Shown piece by piece: positions 38,305-50,249 of a stretch of DNA of 63,681 nucleotides (within the stretch, counting starts at the first letter, position 1; each line of letters opens with the position of its first letter). The translations under genes and the position numbers were made by a program. The notes beneath the pieces were generated by a model. The model ran no database searches, was not told where the DNA came from, and saw only the letters and a list, made by a program, of their open reading frames with translations. Where the stretch lies: assembly GCA_031416075.1 (NCBI GenBank), contig JANOSY010000054.1, positions 1 to 63,681 on the forward strand. Direction: 5' to 3'. Source of the DNA: Candidatus Tenderia sp. GTDB taxonomy: Bacteria; Pseudomonadota; Gammaproteobacteria; Tenderiales; Tenderiaceae.

Positions 38305-39396
38305 TCAGAGTACTGCCACCGGGTAGGAGCCGAGTATCTTCAACATGGCCGCCTCGTTAGCCAATGAGTGCAGCGCGGCAGCCACTATTGGTGTGCTTTG
38401 GTGCCCCTCAATATCAACAAAAAAAACATACTCCCACATCCCCCGTCGCGACGGACGCGACTCAATCCGAGTCATGGAGATACCCGCGTCGGAGAGGGGT
38501 TTCAACAGCTTCACCAACCCACCGGGACGGTTAGAGGTTGAGAGCAGCATTGAGGTTTTATCCTTGCCACTGGCGGCTGGAGAGAGGTCGCCAATTACCA
38601 GAAAACGGGTGGTATTGTCCGGTTCATCTTCAATATTGCTTGCCAGTATAGCCAATCCATAGAGTTCTGCCGCCGTCATCGAGGCTATAGCCGCTGCCCC
38701 CGACTCGTCCGCCGCCACCTGTGCTGCGCGGGCATTGCTACTCACCGCAGAGCATGGGATGTCTTTGCAGTGCTCATCGAGCCATTCGCGGCACTGCGCC
38801 AGTGTCTGCTGATGGGCATAGATATGGGTCACACGGGAGAGTGAGGTTTCGTTACTTAGAAAACAGTGGTGAATACGCAGTTCTACTTCACCGCAGATCT
38901 GCAGGGGAGAATTGACAAACAGATCAAGTGTGTAGTTAACCACCCCCTCCGTTGAGTTTTCAATCGGTACCACACCATAGTGTGCCAAACCCGCCTCAAC
39001 ATCGCGAAACACAGCGTCGATACTGGCGTGCGGTACCGTCGCCACAGAGTGACCAAAGTGTTTCAGCGCGGCATCATGGGTATAGGTCCCTTCCGGTCCA
39101 AGAAAGCCTATGCGCATCGGCTGCTCCAGTGCCAGGCACGCCGACATCACCTCACGAAACAGCCGCGCCATCTCCTCATCCGGCAGCGGCCCCTGGTTGC
39201 GCTCCATCACCTTACGCAGCACCTGCGCCTCACGCTCCGGACGGTAGAAGTTGGCATCCGTATCACCGGCGCGCACCTTCACTTCAGCAACCAACTGGGC
39301 GCACTTGGCACGCTCATTGATCAGATCCTGAATCTGCTCATCAAGCTGATCGATACGACCACGAATCTCCACCAACGTCAGGTTAACATCACTCAT
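38305..39396 (-). CDS. pheA: Chorismate mutase / prephenate dehydratase
   Basis: R-x-x-ID-x-x-D, RPERE, LGPEGT, PIENS, NTTRF, TRIESRP. Confidence 0.96.
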   Translation of the reverse strand: MSDVNLTLVEIRGRIDQLDEQIQDLINERAKCAQLVAEVKVRAGDTDANFYRPEREAQVLRKVMERNQGPLPDEEMARLFREVMSACLALEQPMRIGFLGPEGTYTHDAALKHFGHSVATVPHASIDAVFRDVEAGLAHYGVVPIENSTEGVVNYTLDLFVNSPLQICGEVELRIHHCFLSNETSLSRVTHIYAHQQTLAQCREWLDEHCKDIPCSAVSSNARAAQVAADESGAAAIASMTAAELYGLAILASNIEDEPDNTTRFLVIGDLSPAASGKDKTSMLLSTSNRPGGLVKLLKPLSDAGISMTRIESRPSRRGMWEYVFFVDIEGHQSTPIVAAALHSLANEAAMLKILGSYPVAVL

Positions 39397-39402
39397 AACC
39401 GT

Positions 39403-40506
39403 TTAACCGTAACGCTTTTCAAAATCGGCCATGAAGCTGATTAATGCATCAACGCCCGCCTCTGGCATGGCGTTATAGATACTGGCGCGCATCCCCCCGA
39501 GCAGGCGATGACCTTTGAGTGTGGTCAACTGCTGCTCCGCAGCCTCTTTCAAAAACAGCGCATCCAGATTTGAGTCCGCCAGATTTGAGTCCGTCAGTGT
39601 AAACGGAACGTTCATCCAAGAGCGGCTATCGACGTGAATGGGGTTGCTGTAAAACTCGCTGCCATCGATCGCTGCATAGAGCTTGGCGGCCTTGCGCTGG
39701 TTAATCTCCGCCATAGCAGCAAGACCACCCTGCTTCTTCACCCAGTCAAATACCAGCCCAGCCAGATACCAGCTGTAGGTGGCGGGGGTGTTGTACATTG
39801 AACCGTTATCCGCGTGGACCTTGTAATCGAACATTGTCGGTGTGCCAGGAAGGGTATTGCCCAACAGCTCTTCCCGCACAATGACAACCGTCAGGCCGGC
39901 AGGGCCAATATTTTTTTGCGCACCGGCATAGATCAAACCAAACTGTGAGACATCCAGCGGACGTGAGAGGATCGTTGAAGAGAAGTCCGCCACCAACGGA
40001 GTATCGCTGCTCAGCGGCTGGGGGATGTAGGAGAACTCCAGCCCGCCAATAGTCTCATTGGGTATGTAGTGCAGATAAGCGGCATCACTGTTAAGTTGCA
40101 ACGCCTCCTGGCCCGGCACACGACTGAACCTATTGGGTTCAGCGCTGGCCGCCACATTAACCGTGCAGTAACGACCCGCCTCATCAATCGCCTTCTGCGA
40201 CCAGATACCGGTATTGATGTGGTCCGCAGCCTGTTTGCCGCGTAGCAGATTCATCGGCACCATCGCAAACTGACTGCTGGCACCGCCTTGCAGAAAAAGC
40301 ACCTTATAGTTAGCGGGGATAGCCATGAGCTCACGCAGATCAGCCTCTGCCTGAGCGGCAATCGACATATACTCTTTGCTGCGGTGGCTCATCTCCATCA
40401 CCGACATACCGGTGCCACGCCAATCAACCATCTCCTGCTGCGCCTGCTGCAGAACCTCTGCAGGCAATATCGCGGGACCGGCACTGAAGTTAAAGGCTCT
40501 TGTCAT
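39403..40506 (-). CDS. serC: Phosphoserine aminotransferase
   Basis: NFSAGPA, EMSHR, AGAQKN, NTP, GHR-x-x-GG-x-RAS-x-YNA. Confidence 0.97.
   Translation of the reverse strand: MTRAFNFSAGPAILPAEVLQQAQQEMVDWRGTGMSVMEMSHRSKEYMSIAAQAEADLRELMAIPANYKVLFLQGGASSQFAMVPMNLLRGKQAADHINTGIWSQKAIDEAGRYCTVNVAASAEPNRFSRVPGQEALQLNSDAAYLHYIPNETIGGLEFSYIPQPLSSDTPLVADFSSTILSRPLDVSQFGLIYAGAQKNIGPAGLTVVIVREELLGNTLPGTPTMFDYKVHADNGSMYNTPATYSWYLAGLVFDWVKKQGGLAAMAEINQRKAAKLYAAIDGSEFYSNPIHVDSRSWMNVPFTLTDSNLADSNLDALFLKEAAEQQLTTLKGHRLLGGMRASIYNAMPEAGVDALISFMADFEKRYG
39564..39593. repeat. Perfect 15-bp tandem duplication within serC
   Basis: CCAGATTTGAGTCCG twice (39564-39578 and 39579-39593). Confidence 0.95.
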
Positions 40507-40511
40507 GCTTA

Positions 40512-43094
40512 TTACTCTTCCGCATTACTCGGTTCGTTCGGTTCGTCGACGGACGCACCATCGTCGTCATCGGGATCAACAATACGCTCAACACCAATCA
40601 GGCTCTCGCCATCCGCCAGACGAATCAGACGCACACCTTGAGTATTTCGGCTCATCACCGAAATCTCCTCGACGCGGGTGCGCACCAGGGTACCGTTATC
40701 ACTGATCAGCATGATCTCATCTTCACTCATAACAAGCGCCGCACCCACCACACGCCCGTTGCGCTCATTGGTCTGAATCGATATGACCCCCTGGCCACCA
40801 CGACCATGAACAGGATAATCACTGATAGCTGTCCGCTTGCCGTACCCTTTTTCAGTAACGGTCAACACATCACCTTCGTTGACATTAATTAGCGAGATGA
40901 CACGCTGGCCTTCACCCAACCTGATACCACGGACACCCCGTGCGGTACGCCCCATAGGACGGACATGCTCCTCATTAAACCGGACCACCTTGCCTGCATC
41001 GGTGAGCAACATCACATCATTGCTGCCATTGGTGATATCTACACCCACCAGACAGTCATCACCAAACAGCTCAAGGGCAATGATGCCGTTGCTGCGTGGG
41101 CGTGAGAAATCGATCAACGGGGTCTTTTTCACCGTGCCACTGGCCGTGGCCATAAAGATAAACTTGTCCGCCTCAAATTCACGGATTGGCAGAATGGCAT
41201 TGATCCGCTCCCCCTCTTCCAGCGGCAACAGATTAATGATCGGTTTGCCACGCGCGGTACGGCCTGCCTGCGGCAGTTCGTAGACCTTCATCCAATAGAC
41301 TTTGCCACGACTGGAGAAGCAGAGAATGGTGTCGTGGGTGTTGGCAACAAATAGTTTGTCGACAAAATCCTCTTCCTTAACACTGGTGGCCGCCTTGCCA
41401 CGACCACCACGTTTCTGCGCGCTGTACATGGAGATCGGCTGCATTTTGACGTAACCGGCATGAGAGAGTGTCACCACCACATCCTCTTCTGAAATCAGGT
41501 CCTCCAGCGTCAGATTGATGCGACTAGCGATAATTTCAGAACGACGTTTATCCCCATACTCATCACGAATCAGTATCAGTTCATCACGGATCACCTGCAT
41601 CAAACGCCCAGAGTTGGCAAGGATATCCATCAGATCCACTATGCGATCCAATATATCCTTGTACTCCGCTTTAATTTTGTCCTGCTCCAGACCGGTGAGC
41701 CGATGCAATCGCAGATCGAGAATCGCCTGGGCCTGGGCAGCGGAGAGGCGGTAACCACCGTCCACCATACCAAACTCCAGCGCCAAGCCGTCAGGACGGG
41801 AGAGGGAAGCGTCGGAACGGGCCAGCATCTCAGTCACGATATCGCCATGCCATGTACGCGCCATCATCGCCTCTTTGGCATCGGCGGACGTGGGGGCCGC
41901 CTTAATCAGGGCAATCACCTCATCAATATTGGCCAACGCAACCGCCAACCCCTCAAGGATATGGCCACGCTCACGCGCCTTACGCAGATCAAAGATAGTG
42001 CGCCGGATCACCACCTCACGGCGGTGGCGGATAAACGCCTCCAAGATCTGTTTCAGATTGAGCAGCTTGGGCTGGCCATCGATCAGGGCAACCATATTAA
42101 TACCAAATACATTTTCAAGCTGGGTATGGCGATAGAGGTTATTCAGTACAACGGTGCCCATCTCACCACGGCGCAACTCGATGACCATCCGCATACCGTC
42201 CTTGTCGGACTCGTCACGTAGCTCAGTAATGCCCTCGACCTTTTTCTCCTTCACCAACTCGGCAATCTTTTCCAGCAGATTGGCCTTGTTCACCTGGTAT
42301 GGAAGCTCGGTGATGATGATGGTCTGTTTGTCTTTAGCCTCATCAAACTCGATCTCACTGCGGGCACGCAGGTAGATACGACCACGACCAGTGTGGTAAG
42401 CCTCATGGATACCGCTGGCGCCATTAATAAAGGCCGCCGTAGGAAAGTCGGGGCCCGGGATGTACTCCATCAGACCGGCAATATCGAGATCAGGGTTATC
42501 CACCAGGGCGATACAACCATTCACCACCTCTGTCAGATTATGGGGTGGAATATTGGTTGCCAGCCCTACCGCGATGCCGGATGAACCGTTGATCAGCAGA
42601 TTGGGGACACGAGTAGGGAACACCGCCGGTTCACTCTCGGTTTCATCATAGTTGGGGATGAAATCAACCGTCTCTTTTTCCAGATCGGCCTGAAGTTCGT
42701 GGGCAATCTTGGACATGCGTATTTCGGTATACCGCATGGCAGCGGCAGAGTCACCATCAACAGAACCGAAGTTCCCCTGGCCATCCACCAGCATATAACG
42801 CAGAGAGAAGGTCTGGGCCATGCGGACAATCGTGTCATACACCGCCGTATCACCATGGGGGTGATATTTACCGATGACGTCACCGACAATACGTGCCGAC
42901 TTTTTGTAGGGTTTATTCCAGTCGTTGCCCAGCACGTTCATGGCATAAAGTACCCGTCGATGGACTGGCTTCAAGCCGTCGCGTACATCTGGGAGGGCAC
43001 GGCCAACGATGACCGCCATGGCATAAGCCATGTACGACTGTTTCATCTCCTCTTCGACAGATATCGGGAGGACTTCATGTGCAAAATCAGCCAT
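40512..43094 (-). CDS. gyrA: DNA gyrase subunit A
   Basis: [24 protein letters not shown], GyrA box QKRGGRG. Confidence 0.98.
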   Translation of the reverse strand: MADFAHEVLPISVEEEMKQSYMAYAMAVIVGRALPDVRDGLKPVHRRVLYAMNVLGNDWNKPYKKSARIVGDVIGKYHPHGDTAVYDTIVRMAQTFSLRYMLVDGQGNFGSVDGDSAAAMRYTEIRMSKIAHELQADLEKETVDFIPNYDETESEPAVFPTRVPNLLINGSSGIAVGLATNIPPHNLTEVVNGCIALVDNPDLDIAGLMEYIPGPDFPTAAFINGASGIHEAYHTGRGRIYLRARSEIEFDEAKDKQTIIITELPYQVNKANLLEKIAELVKEKKVEGITELRDESDKDGMRMVIELRRGEMGTVVLNNLYRHTQLENVFGINMVALIDGQPKLLNLKQILEAFIRHRREVVIRRTIFDLRKARERGHILEGLAVALANIDEVIALIKAAPTSADAKEAMMARTWHGDIVTEMLARSDASLSRPDGLALEFGMVDGGYRLSAAQAQAILDLRLHRLTGLEQDKIKAEYKDILDRIVDLMDILANSGRLMQVIRDELILIRDEYGDKRRSEIIASRINLTLEDLISEEDVVVTLSHAGYVKMQPISMYSAQKRGGRGKAATSVKEEDFVDKLFVANTHDTILCFSSRGKVYWMKVYELPQAGRTARGKPIINLLPLEEGERINAILPIREFEADKFIFMATASGTVKKTPLIDFSRPRSNGIIALELFGDDCLVGVDITNGSNDVMLLTDAGKVVRFNEEHVRPMGRTARGVRGIRLGEGQRVISLINVNEGDVLTVTEKGYGKRTAISDYPVHGRGGQGVISIQTNERNGRVVGAALVMSEDEIMLISDNGTLVRTRVEEISVMSRNTQGVRLIRLADGESLIGVERIVDPDDDDGASVDEPNEPSNAEE

Positions 43095-43232
43095 TGATTA
43101 ACAAGCGCCTTTATTCTGTGAACTGCCCGATTTCACGCCTCACCAACCCTGCCCCGCGAGCCGCAAAAAAAGAAAGAATGGTACCACAACCCTATCCCCC
43201 ACCGCACCTTTTTGTCCCACCATCAAAGGGTG

Positions 43233-44279
43233 CTAACTCCGCATCATGGCTACCATTTTTTCCAACGAAGGGCGCTCCACCACCCCCTTCTCTGTGACAA
43301 TTGCATCGACCAATTCCGCCGGGGTCACATCAAAGGATGGATTCCAGGCACGTGCCGACTCGGGCGCTATGCTTTGCCCGGCCAGTGTCAACACCTCGGA
43401 CTCCGCCCGCTCTTCAATCGGGATGTCATCGCCACAGGCAATACTCATGTCCACCGTCGAAGTCGGGGCCACCACCATAAGCTTAACGCCGTGGTAACGC
43501 GCCGTAACGGCCAGTGAGTAGGTGCCGATTTTATTGGCAACATCACCATTGGCGGCAATACGGTCCGAACCGACAATCACCCACTTCACCTTGCCTTGTT
43601 TCATCAGGGTTGCCGCCGCGCCCTCGGTAATCAGGGTGACGGGGATATTATCCTCAACCAGCTCCCAAGCAGTCAGGCGCGCCCCCTGTAACCAGGGACG
43701 GGTCTCATCGGCAAACACGCTATTAATACGGCCAGCACCGTACGCGGCACGGATAACACCCAAGGCCGTGCCAAAACCACCTGTTGCCAGCGATCCGGTA
43801 TTGCAGTGAGTCAAGACGGCACAAGGCCCGTCAATCAGGGCCGCACCCAATTCACCCATCTGCCGATTGGCGGCAATATCTTCCTCATGGATGCGTTGGG
43901 CCTCAGCCAGCATCGCGGGCACGGGGTCACCACTCAACCCCTCCATAAATTGCCGCATGCGCTCCAGCGCCCAAAATAGATTCACCGCAGTCGGGCGAGA
44001 ATCCGCCAAGATCTGTATATCCTCAGTAATAGCACTCTGCCACTCATCAGGAGAGTGGGTATAACGATCACGTGCCGCCAGCACCATCCCATAAGCAGCC
44101 GTGACGCCAATGGCTGGAGCTCCACGCACCACCATGTTGCGAATCGCCTGCGCCACACCCAGCGCATCCTTAAGCAACACCCACTGTTCAACATTGGGCA
44201 GCAGGCGCTGATCCAGCAGGTTCAATCCCGCATCCGACCACTCAATCGCCCGAATTTTATCATGATGGTTATATGGCAT
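43233..44279 (-). CDS. mtnA: Methylthioribose-1-phosphate isomerase
   Basis: [27 protein letters not shown]-x-x-QG, NKIGTY. Confidence 0.95.
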   Translation of the reverse strand: MPYNHHDKIRAIEWSDAGLNLLDQRLLPNVEQWVLLKDALGVAQAIRNMVVRGAPAIGVTAAYGMVLAARDRYTHSPDEWQSAITEDIQILADSRPTAVNLFWALERMRQFMEGLSGDPVPAMLAEAQRIHEEDIAANRQMGELGAALIDGPCAVLTHCNTGSLATGGFGTALGVIRAAYGAGRINSVFADETRPWLQGARLTAWELVEDNIPVTLITEGAAATLMKQGKVKWVIVGSDRIAANGDVANKIGTYSLAVTARYHGVKLMVVAPTSTVDMSIACGDDIPIEERAESEVLTLAGQSIAPESARAWNPSFDVTPAELVDAIVTEKGVVERPSLEKMVAMMRS

Positions 44280-44431
44280 TTCAAACTGCTCCTGCAAAAA
44301 GGGGAATCATACCGGCTTATCTTATCAACCCCAAACACTGCTTGGCCGTGGATAAATGCGCTTTAAAAGCGTGCAACTCTGGCCGATACCCAATAAACCA
44401 TACATCCTGATTATCAACGGGCCCCAATAAG

Positions 44432-44953
44432 ATGGTCAATTTTAAACAGCACTGCCGATTTTGCCTGATGTTTATCGCCGGACTTCTGATCAGCGGCTAC
44501 GCCCATGCCGACAAATACCCAAACATGTGGGGACCTAAGGTGGTAACACCCACATCTCTGCATCTGCCAAAACAGCCAACGGGCATGATAGAGGAAAGTT
44601 TTGAGTACGTTCCCCTCCATCCTGTGCTGTTTAACCCCGGCAAAGCCACCATCGGAATGGAAGGACAGAGGGCGCTTGATGCGGCTGCCAGCTATCTGAT
44701 GAAACATGACAACATTCAGCGCATTTTGATAGCCGGCAGCACCGACTATATCGGCAATGCCGGTTACAACGATCGACTCTCCGATCGACGTTCCGAGATG
44801 GTGCGTAACTACCTGACACTTAAAGGGGTAAACGCAACGCTCATACAGCTGTCAGGCAGTGGCGAGAACGCCCCCGTAGATCAAAACTGGACTCGTGATG
44901 GCCGCCAGCGCAACCGCCACGTCGCTATTTATGCCATCCGCTGGCAGCGTTAA
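44432..44953 (+). CDS. Secreted OmpA/Pal-domain peptidoglycan-binding protein
   Basis: Signal peptide ending AHA; TD-x-x-G...YNDRLSDRR, GE-x-x-P, RQRNR. Confidence 0.85.
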   Translation: MVNFKQHCRFCLMFIAGLLISGYAHADKYPNMWGPKVVTPTSLHLPKQPTGMIEESFEYVPLHPVLFNPGKATIGMEGQRALDAAASYLMKHDNIQRILIAGSTDYIGNAGYNDRLSDRRSEMVRNYLTLKGVNATLIQLSGSGENAPVDQNWTRDGRQRNRHVAIYAIRWQR

Positions 44954-44991
44954 GGCCTAACTCTAAGCCAGCCGCCACACCAAATCTTTTA

Positions 44992-45477
44992 TCACTGGCA
45001 GTACTCTTCAATTAACTTCTTTGTCTCTGCAACTTTAGCCAACCGCTCATCCTCGGTGAGTAACTTCACATTACCCTCAGCATCCTGAAAGTTGATGCGC
45101 CTGGCCGATTCAAGATCGGTCAAACGCTGCTGCACAGTTGTGCAGTTCTGCCGGCTGATTTTGGCAGACTCTTCTTGATGAGCCCGCTCTTGCCGCGCCC
45201 GGTCCGGATCTGTCGCCTTCCCAGCTGACGGAGTATTTTGGGGCTCTGCCGCAACCGGCGGGGACGCTGGCGCATAGCTTGGTTTTATTTTTTCGTATTT
45301 ATCACCGCGAGGCGGCTGTTCAGAGTAGTGCTGCACGCCCTGTTTGTCTGTCCATTTGTAGATCTCTGCCCCCGCTACCCCACTCACAGCCACAAGCAGT
45401 AACGCCATCCACGGGAGGGCTGCTTTGACTCCGTTGTCGACAATAGATTTGAGGTTAATATGATGTTTCATCTTCAT
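44992..45477 (-). CDS. DUF4124-family secreted protein
   Basis: IYKWTDKQGVQHYSEQPP after a signal peptide; two-Cys C-terminal part. Confidence 0.8.
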   Translation of the reverse strand: MKMKHHINLKSIVDNGVKAALPWMALLLVAVSGVAGAEIYKWTDKQGVQHYSEQPPRGDKYEKIKPSYAPASPPVAAEPQNTPSAGKATDPDRARQERAHQEESAKISRQNCTTVQQRLTDLESARRINFQDAEGNVKLLTEDERLAKVAETKKLIEEYCQ

Positions 45478-45560
45478 CGCCGTGCTCCGCTGATTCACTA
45501 TCCTTGTTACGGGAAGGATATTCTACAACCATGCCTGGTAAAACCGGGGTCAAATTAGCG

Positions 45561-46346
45561 CTATTTTACGGTGTGTTTAAACAGCCGGAAAAAATTCTCA
45601 GTGGTCACCTGCGCCACCCGCTCCAGCGGTTCACCCCGCAGCTCAGCGATGTACTCCGCCACATGGCGGGTATACCCGGGCTGATTGCTTTTGCCACGAT
45701 GGGGCATGGGAGTTAAATAGGGCGAGTCGGTCTCTACCAACATCCACTCCAGCGGCACCTTTTGCGCCACCTCTTTTAACTCAGTCGCAGTCTTAAAGGT
45801 GACGATCCCGGAAAAAGAGATATAAAAATTGAGGGCAATGGCGCGCTGGGCGCTCTCCCAATCATCAACAAAGCAGTGCATCACCCCACCCACGGTGGCA
45901 GCCCCCTCCTCTTCCAAAATATTCAAGGTGTCCGGCTGGGCGTCACGACTGTGCACAATCAACGGCTTGCCGGTAGCCTTAGCAGCGGCAATATGACGAC
46001 GCAGGCGATCACGCTGCCACTCAAGATCATCTTTACAATGAAAGTAATCCAGCCCTGTCTCGCCAATAGCCACAACCTTGGGGTGTGCCGCCAATTGAAT
46101 CAACTCATCAACACTGGGGTCATGCCCCTCCCGCTCAGTCGGATGCACACCCACTGAGGCGTATACGTGTTCCGATTTTTCCACCAGCGCCATCATATTG
46201 GGCCACTGCTCCATATTGATGGATACGCAAAGCATATGGTTTACCCCCAACTGCCGTGCCTGGGCATAGACCTGATCAATATCAAGCCCCAGTTTCTCAT
46301 GGTCTAACCGGTCAAGATGACAGTGGGAATCAACAAGTTGAATCAT
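45561..46346 (-). CDS. tatD: TatD-family nuclease (YcfH type)
   Basis: DSHCH, GVHP, GETGLD, HSR, HCF, ETDSP. Confidence 0.92.
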   Translation of the reverse strand: MIQLVDSHCHLDRLDHEKLGLDIDQVYAQARQLGVNHMLCVSINMEQWPNMMALVEKSEHVYASVGVHPTEREGHDPSVDELIQLAAHPKVVAIGETGLDYFHCKDDLEWQRDRLRRHIAAAKATGKPLIVHSRDAQPDTLNILEEEGAATVGGVMHCFVDDWESAQRAIALNFYISFSGIVTFKTATELKEVAQKVPLEWMLVETDSPYLTPMPHRGKSNQPGYTRHVAEYIAELRGEPLERVAQVTTENFFRLFKHTVK

Positions 46347-46388
46347 ATTGGCTCTGTTTGTTACTTAGTGGCAGAAAATAAGAGGACG

Positions 46389-46763
46389 TCACATGGTATG
46401 TGTCGGGCGGTCCGACTTCATGGCACCCCCCAGATAGGTTTCAATTTTTTTGCGCGCAATGCCACCATCCTGATCCGCAGCAAACTGCACACCAATACCG
46501 GCAACGCGGTTACCTTGCGCCCCTTTAGGGGTCACCCAGATGACCTTGCCTACCACCGGTAGCTTTTCAGTCTCTTCCATCAGCTTGAGCAGTAGGAAGA
46601 CCTCATCCCCAAGTTTGTACTCTTTATTGGTGGGGATAAACAGGCCGCCATTTTTCACAAAAGGCATGTAAGCGGCATAGAGCGCCCCTTTGTCCTTAAT
46701 TGTGAGCGACAAAATCCCCTGGCTTCTCACCGATGTTGTGGGATTGCTGTGTTCTTCGGACAT
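46389..46763 (-). CDS. pilZ: Type IV pilus assembly protein PilZ
   Basis: LYAAYMPFVKNGGLFIPT...PTHTM, between holB and tatD. Confidence 0.93.
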   Translation of the reverse strand: MSEEHSNPTTSVRSQGILSLTIKDKGALYAAYMPFVKNGGLFIPTNKEYKLGDEVFLLLKLMEETEKLPVVGKVIWVTPKGAQGNRVAGIGVQFAADQDGGIARKKIETYLGGAMKSDRPTHTM

Positions 46764-46770
46764 TAACGTA

Positions 46771-47763
46771 TCAACTCCTCAAAGCCGCTGTGGTAAACAG
46801 CTTTTGCCACTGGATCAACAGACCTTCCACTATTAATGTGGAATTGAAGTTAGCCTCAATTTCACGTAGTGCGGTATGTACCCGATCCAGCCATAACATT
46901 AGGTTTTTTAAAGATACCCGATCCGCCAGATTAAGCAAACGTGATTCGATATCACGATTGGCCAGATGTGGCGGTTGCTGGCTCACTTTTAAGCGGACCA
47001 TATCGACACTCCAGGCATACAGCCAGTGAAGGCTGGCAGCAGGGCCGGTTTTAACCTGTCTGGCGGCAATCTCAATGGGGTCAACCCCCTGTTTTGCCAG
47101 CGCTTCCAATGCCTGAAACCACTCCAGACGGGACTGAATCATGTTGTCGTCCGCAAACCCAGCCGCCTTTAATGGTGCGCCGTTGGCTAACGCCATCAAC
47201 AACGTACTATCAGTGGTAATCCCCTGGGTTTGTAACCACTCGCCCCCCATCTCCAGCGTTACCGCACCAAAGCGGATCTCCTGGCAACGCGAACGTATTG
47301 TCGCTGGCAGCTGCGCCGGACGGGCAGTCACCAGGATCAATACTGTCCCCTGTGATGGCTCCTCCAATGTTTTAAGCAGGCTATTGGCAGAGTTGACATT
47401 CATCGTCTCTGCCGGGGCCAGCACCACCACTCGATAACCAGAGTACTGCGCCTTAAGTGTCAGGTATTGGCCAATCTCCCGCACCTGATCTACACCGATA
47501 TTTTTCTTTCCCTCCAGCGGCGAGATGAGAGCCACATCGGGATGGTTGCCCGCCTGGTAGAGCAGGCAACCACGACAGCGACCACACGGCTCACCCGCCG
47601 CGCCATTCTCTTCACACAACAGCGACTGAGTGAGGTAGCGGGCAAACTCGGTTTTGCCCAGCCCCTGCGGCCCCGTCAACAGCAGCGCGTGTGGTAACCG
47701 CCCCTGCTGCCGCGACGTTTGCAGGTTTTGCCACTGCGACTGCTGCCAAGGGTAGGGCATCAT
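46771..47763 (-). CDS. holB: DNA polymerase III delta prime
   Basis: [35 protein letters not shown]. Confidence 0.96.
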   Translation of the reverse strand: MMPYPWQQSQWQNLQTSRQQGRLPHALLLTGPQGLGKTEFARYLTQSLLCEENGAAGEPCGRCRGCLLYQAGNHPDVALISPLEGKKNIGVDQVREIGQYLTLKAQYSGYRVVVLAPAETMNVNSANSLLKTLEEPSQGTVLILVTARPAQLPATIRSRCQEIRFGAVTLEMGGEWLQTQGITTDSTLLMALANGAPLKAAGFADDNMIQSRLEWFQALEALAKQGVDPIEIAARQVKTGPAASLHWLYAWSVDMVRLKVSQQPPHLANRDIESRLLNLADRVSLKNLMLWLDRVHTALREIEANFNSTLIVEGLLIQWQKLFTTAALRS

Positions 47764-48392
47764 GCTGATTTGATAATCGCTGCCATGATGGTTTCAAGCG
47801 CCATATTAACCTGATCCAGCGTTTGTGCCGCATCAATCACCCGGTAACGGCTAGGGTGCTGCGCCGCCAGCGCCAGATAGGCGCTACGGATCCGTTCAAA
47901 AAATGTCTGTTTCTCACGTTCAAAACGGTCTGCCACCCCCTTGCGTTTGGCGACGCGGGCCAGCCCCACTGCAACCGGTGCATCAAGTAACAGCGTAATA
48001 TCAGGGCGTAGTGTCCCCTGCACCCACTGCTCAAGCTGAGCGATGCGCTGGCTATCAATGCCACGCCCGCCCCCTTGATAAGCGTAGGTGGCATCGGTAA
48101 AGCGGTCACACAGCACCCACTTACCCTGCGCCAAGGCCGGCTCAATCACCTCCGCTATGTGTTGGGCACGGGCGGCAAACATCAGTAACAGCTCTGTATC
48201 GTTGGCAATATTCTGGTTGCGGTGATCAAGCAGTAAGCCGCGAATTTTTTCGCCCAGCTCGGTACCCCCCGGTTCCCGTGTGATCACCACATCAATATCG
48301 TGACTATTAATATAGTGGTAGACCGACTCAAGATTGGTTGTTTTGCCAACCCCTTCAATCCCTTCCATCGTAATAAACAGACCACGCTTCAT
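47760..48392 (-). CDS. tmk: Thymidylate kinase
   Basis: [20 protein letters not shown]-x-x-x-T-x-AYQG. Confidence 0.96.
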   Translation of the reverse strand: MKRGLFITMEGIEGVGKTTNLESVYHYINSHDIDVVITREPGGTELGEKIRGLLLDHRNQNIANDTELLLMFAARAQHIAEVIEPALAQGKWVLCDRFTDATYAYQGGGRGIDSQRIAQLEQWVQGTLRPDITLLLDAPVAVGLARVAKRKGVADRFEREKQTFFERIRSAYLALAAQHPSRYRVIDAAQTLDQVNMALETIMAAIIKSA

Positions 48393-48412
48393 GTTGACCA
48401 TCTCCCCTGTGA

Positions 48413-49417
48413 TCACTGTTTATTCAACAGGTAGTGTCTCACTGCCGCCTCATGTTCCGGCAGCGTGGCAGAAAAATAGTGGCCACCGTCACCCTTGGCA
48501 ACAAAATAGAGCGATGTGCCTGCCAGCGGGTGCAGTGCCGCATGAATCGCCTCACCACTGGGCATGGCAATAGGCGTGGGTGGCAGACCGTAACGGGTGT
48601 AGGTGTTATAAGGTGTATCAGTGATCAGATCACTACGACGGATATCGCCATCATAACTTTCACCTATGCCGTAGATGACGGTTGGGTCCGTTTGCAACTT
48701 CATTCCGATCTGCAGACGCCGAACAAACACCCCGGCAATCTCTCCACGCTCGTGTGCGACCCCGGTTTCACGTTCAACAATAGAGGCCATAATCAATGCC
48801 TCATAAGGTGTTTTATAAGGCAACTCTTCAGCTCGCTGTGACCACTCCTGTTCCAACCTTGCTGTCATGCCATCATAGGCGCGTTTAATAAAATCAAAAT
48901 CGCTCATCCCGGCAGTAAAGTGGTAGGTGTCCGGAAAAAACCGTCCTTCAGGGTGTTCACCCGCCGCACCCAGCTTTGTCATTACCTCACTGGCTGGCAG
49001 ATCTTTAAGGGTATGAACCAGCTTTTCATTACCATGAACCGCCTGCATCATCTGTTTGTAGGTCCAGCCCTCAACGATAGTAAGCGAATATTGAATCACC
49101 TGCCCTTTCACCATCTGCTCCAGCAGGGTCAGCGCTGTCATGCCCGGTTCAATGCGGTACTCACCCATCCGCAGTTGCCCGGCCGTTCCCTGAATCCGTC
49201 CCCAGAGCGTCATATACCGTGGGTAGTCGATCAAACCTCGCTCTTTAAGCCCTTTGGCCACCTGAGCAAGACTCGCCCCCGGCTTTACTTCAAATACCTG
49301 CGGCACTGTCACTATCAGGGGTTGAGTTTTAAAGCTGTAAAACTGCCAGCCGATGACACCGCCTCCCAACAACGCCATCAGCAGTGCCGCCACTAATAAT
49401 CTCTTAAACGATCTCAT
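48413..49417 (-). CDS. mltG: Endolytic transglycosylase MltG
   Basis: N-terminal TM, EG-x-[30 protein letters not shown]. Confidence 0.95.
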   Translation of the reverse strand: MRSFKRLLVAALLMALLGGGVIGWQFYSFKTQPLIVTVPQVFEVKPGASLAQVAKGLKERGLIDYPRYMTLWGRIQGTAGQLRMGEYRIEPGMTALTLLEQMVKGQVIQYSLTIVEGWTYKQMMQAVHGNEKLVHTLKDLPASEVMTKLGAAGEHPEGRFFPDTYHFTAGMSDFDFIKRAYDGMTARLEQEWSQRAEELPYKTPYEALIMASIVERETGVAHERGEIAGVFVRRLQIGMKLQTDPTVIYGIGESYDGDIRRSDLITDTPYNTYTRYGLPPTPIAMPSGEAIHAALHPLAGTSLYFVAKGDGGHYFSATLPEHEAAVRHYLLNKQ

Positions 49418-50249
49418 GCTCACCTTCTTGTAGTCGTTTATTGTTGAGCCCATCCAGCAGCTGATGAGTGATCTCACCCAGCGGATACGAACGTTTTTCA
49501 ATCTGGCGCACCGGCCAAATGCCAATCACCGAGTTGGTCACAAAAATCTCATCGGCAGATTCGAGGTCATCGCGAGAGTAACACTGACACTGGAGCGGGA
49601 GACTCAACCTGCCCGCCAGTTCCATAATCACCGCACGGATAATGCCAGCCACACCGCTGTTTGACAAATCGGGGGTATGGAGCTGCCCTGCCCGCACAAA
49701 AAAGAGGTTACTCATTGTCCCTTCGATGATGTTGCCGTTCATGTCAGACATCACCCCTTCGGCAATCGCTGTATCATGCCACTCCCCCCGCGCCAGTACC
49801 TGCTCCAGACGATTCAGATGTTTAATACCCGCCAGCGCCGAATTCAAAGTGGCCGGCGTGGTGCAATACCTGAGCGCAACACCCTGCGTTAAATTGGCGG
49901 CAGGGTGGTCTGGCCAAGGGTAACAGGCCGCCATGCGTGTCGGCTGAGCCTCAACAAGAGTGGCTGGCCGATAACCCCGCCCGCCCTGGCCACGGCTGAT
50001 GATGATCTTTAGCACCCCATTATCACCTTTGAGCAGTGTGCGCGCCTCCGCTAACAGCCGAGTCGTATCAGGCGCTGGAATGCCCAGCCGCCCACACCCG
50101 GCGGCCAGCCGCTGCATATGGCGCTGCCAGAACTCAATCCTGCCGTTGCAGACGGCAATTGTCTCAAACAGCCCATCCCCATACTGGATCGCCCGGTCGC
50201 CACACGGCAGATGGTGAGTCAATACACCATTGACCAGATACTCCATCAC
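49404..50249 (-). CDS. pabC: 4-amino-4-deoxychorismate lyase
   Basis: YGDGLFET, GIKHLNRLEQVL, EGTMSNLF, TNS. Confidence 0.94.
   Translation of the reverse strand: MMEYLVNGVLTHHLPCGDRAIQYGDGLFETIAVCNGRIEFWQRHMQRLAAGCGRLGIPAPDTTRLLAEARTLLKGDNGVLKIIISRGQGGRGYRPATLVEAQPTRMAACYPWPDHPAANLTQGVALRYCTTPATLNSALAGIKHLNRLEQVLARGEWHDTAIAEGVMSDMNGNIIEGTMSNLFFVRAGQLHTPDLSNSGVAGIIRAVIMELAGRLSLPLQCQCYSRDDLESADEIFVTNSVIGIWPVRQIEKRSYPLGEITHQLLDGLNNKRLQEGEHEIV

Noticed and set aside
46389-46763. Lone pilZ among replication genes
   Set aside because: holB-pilZ-tatD is a well-known conserved arrangement.
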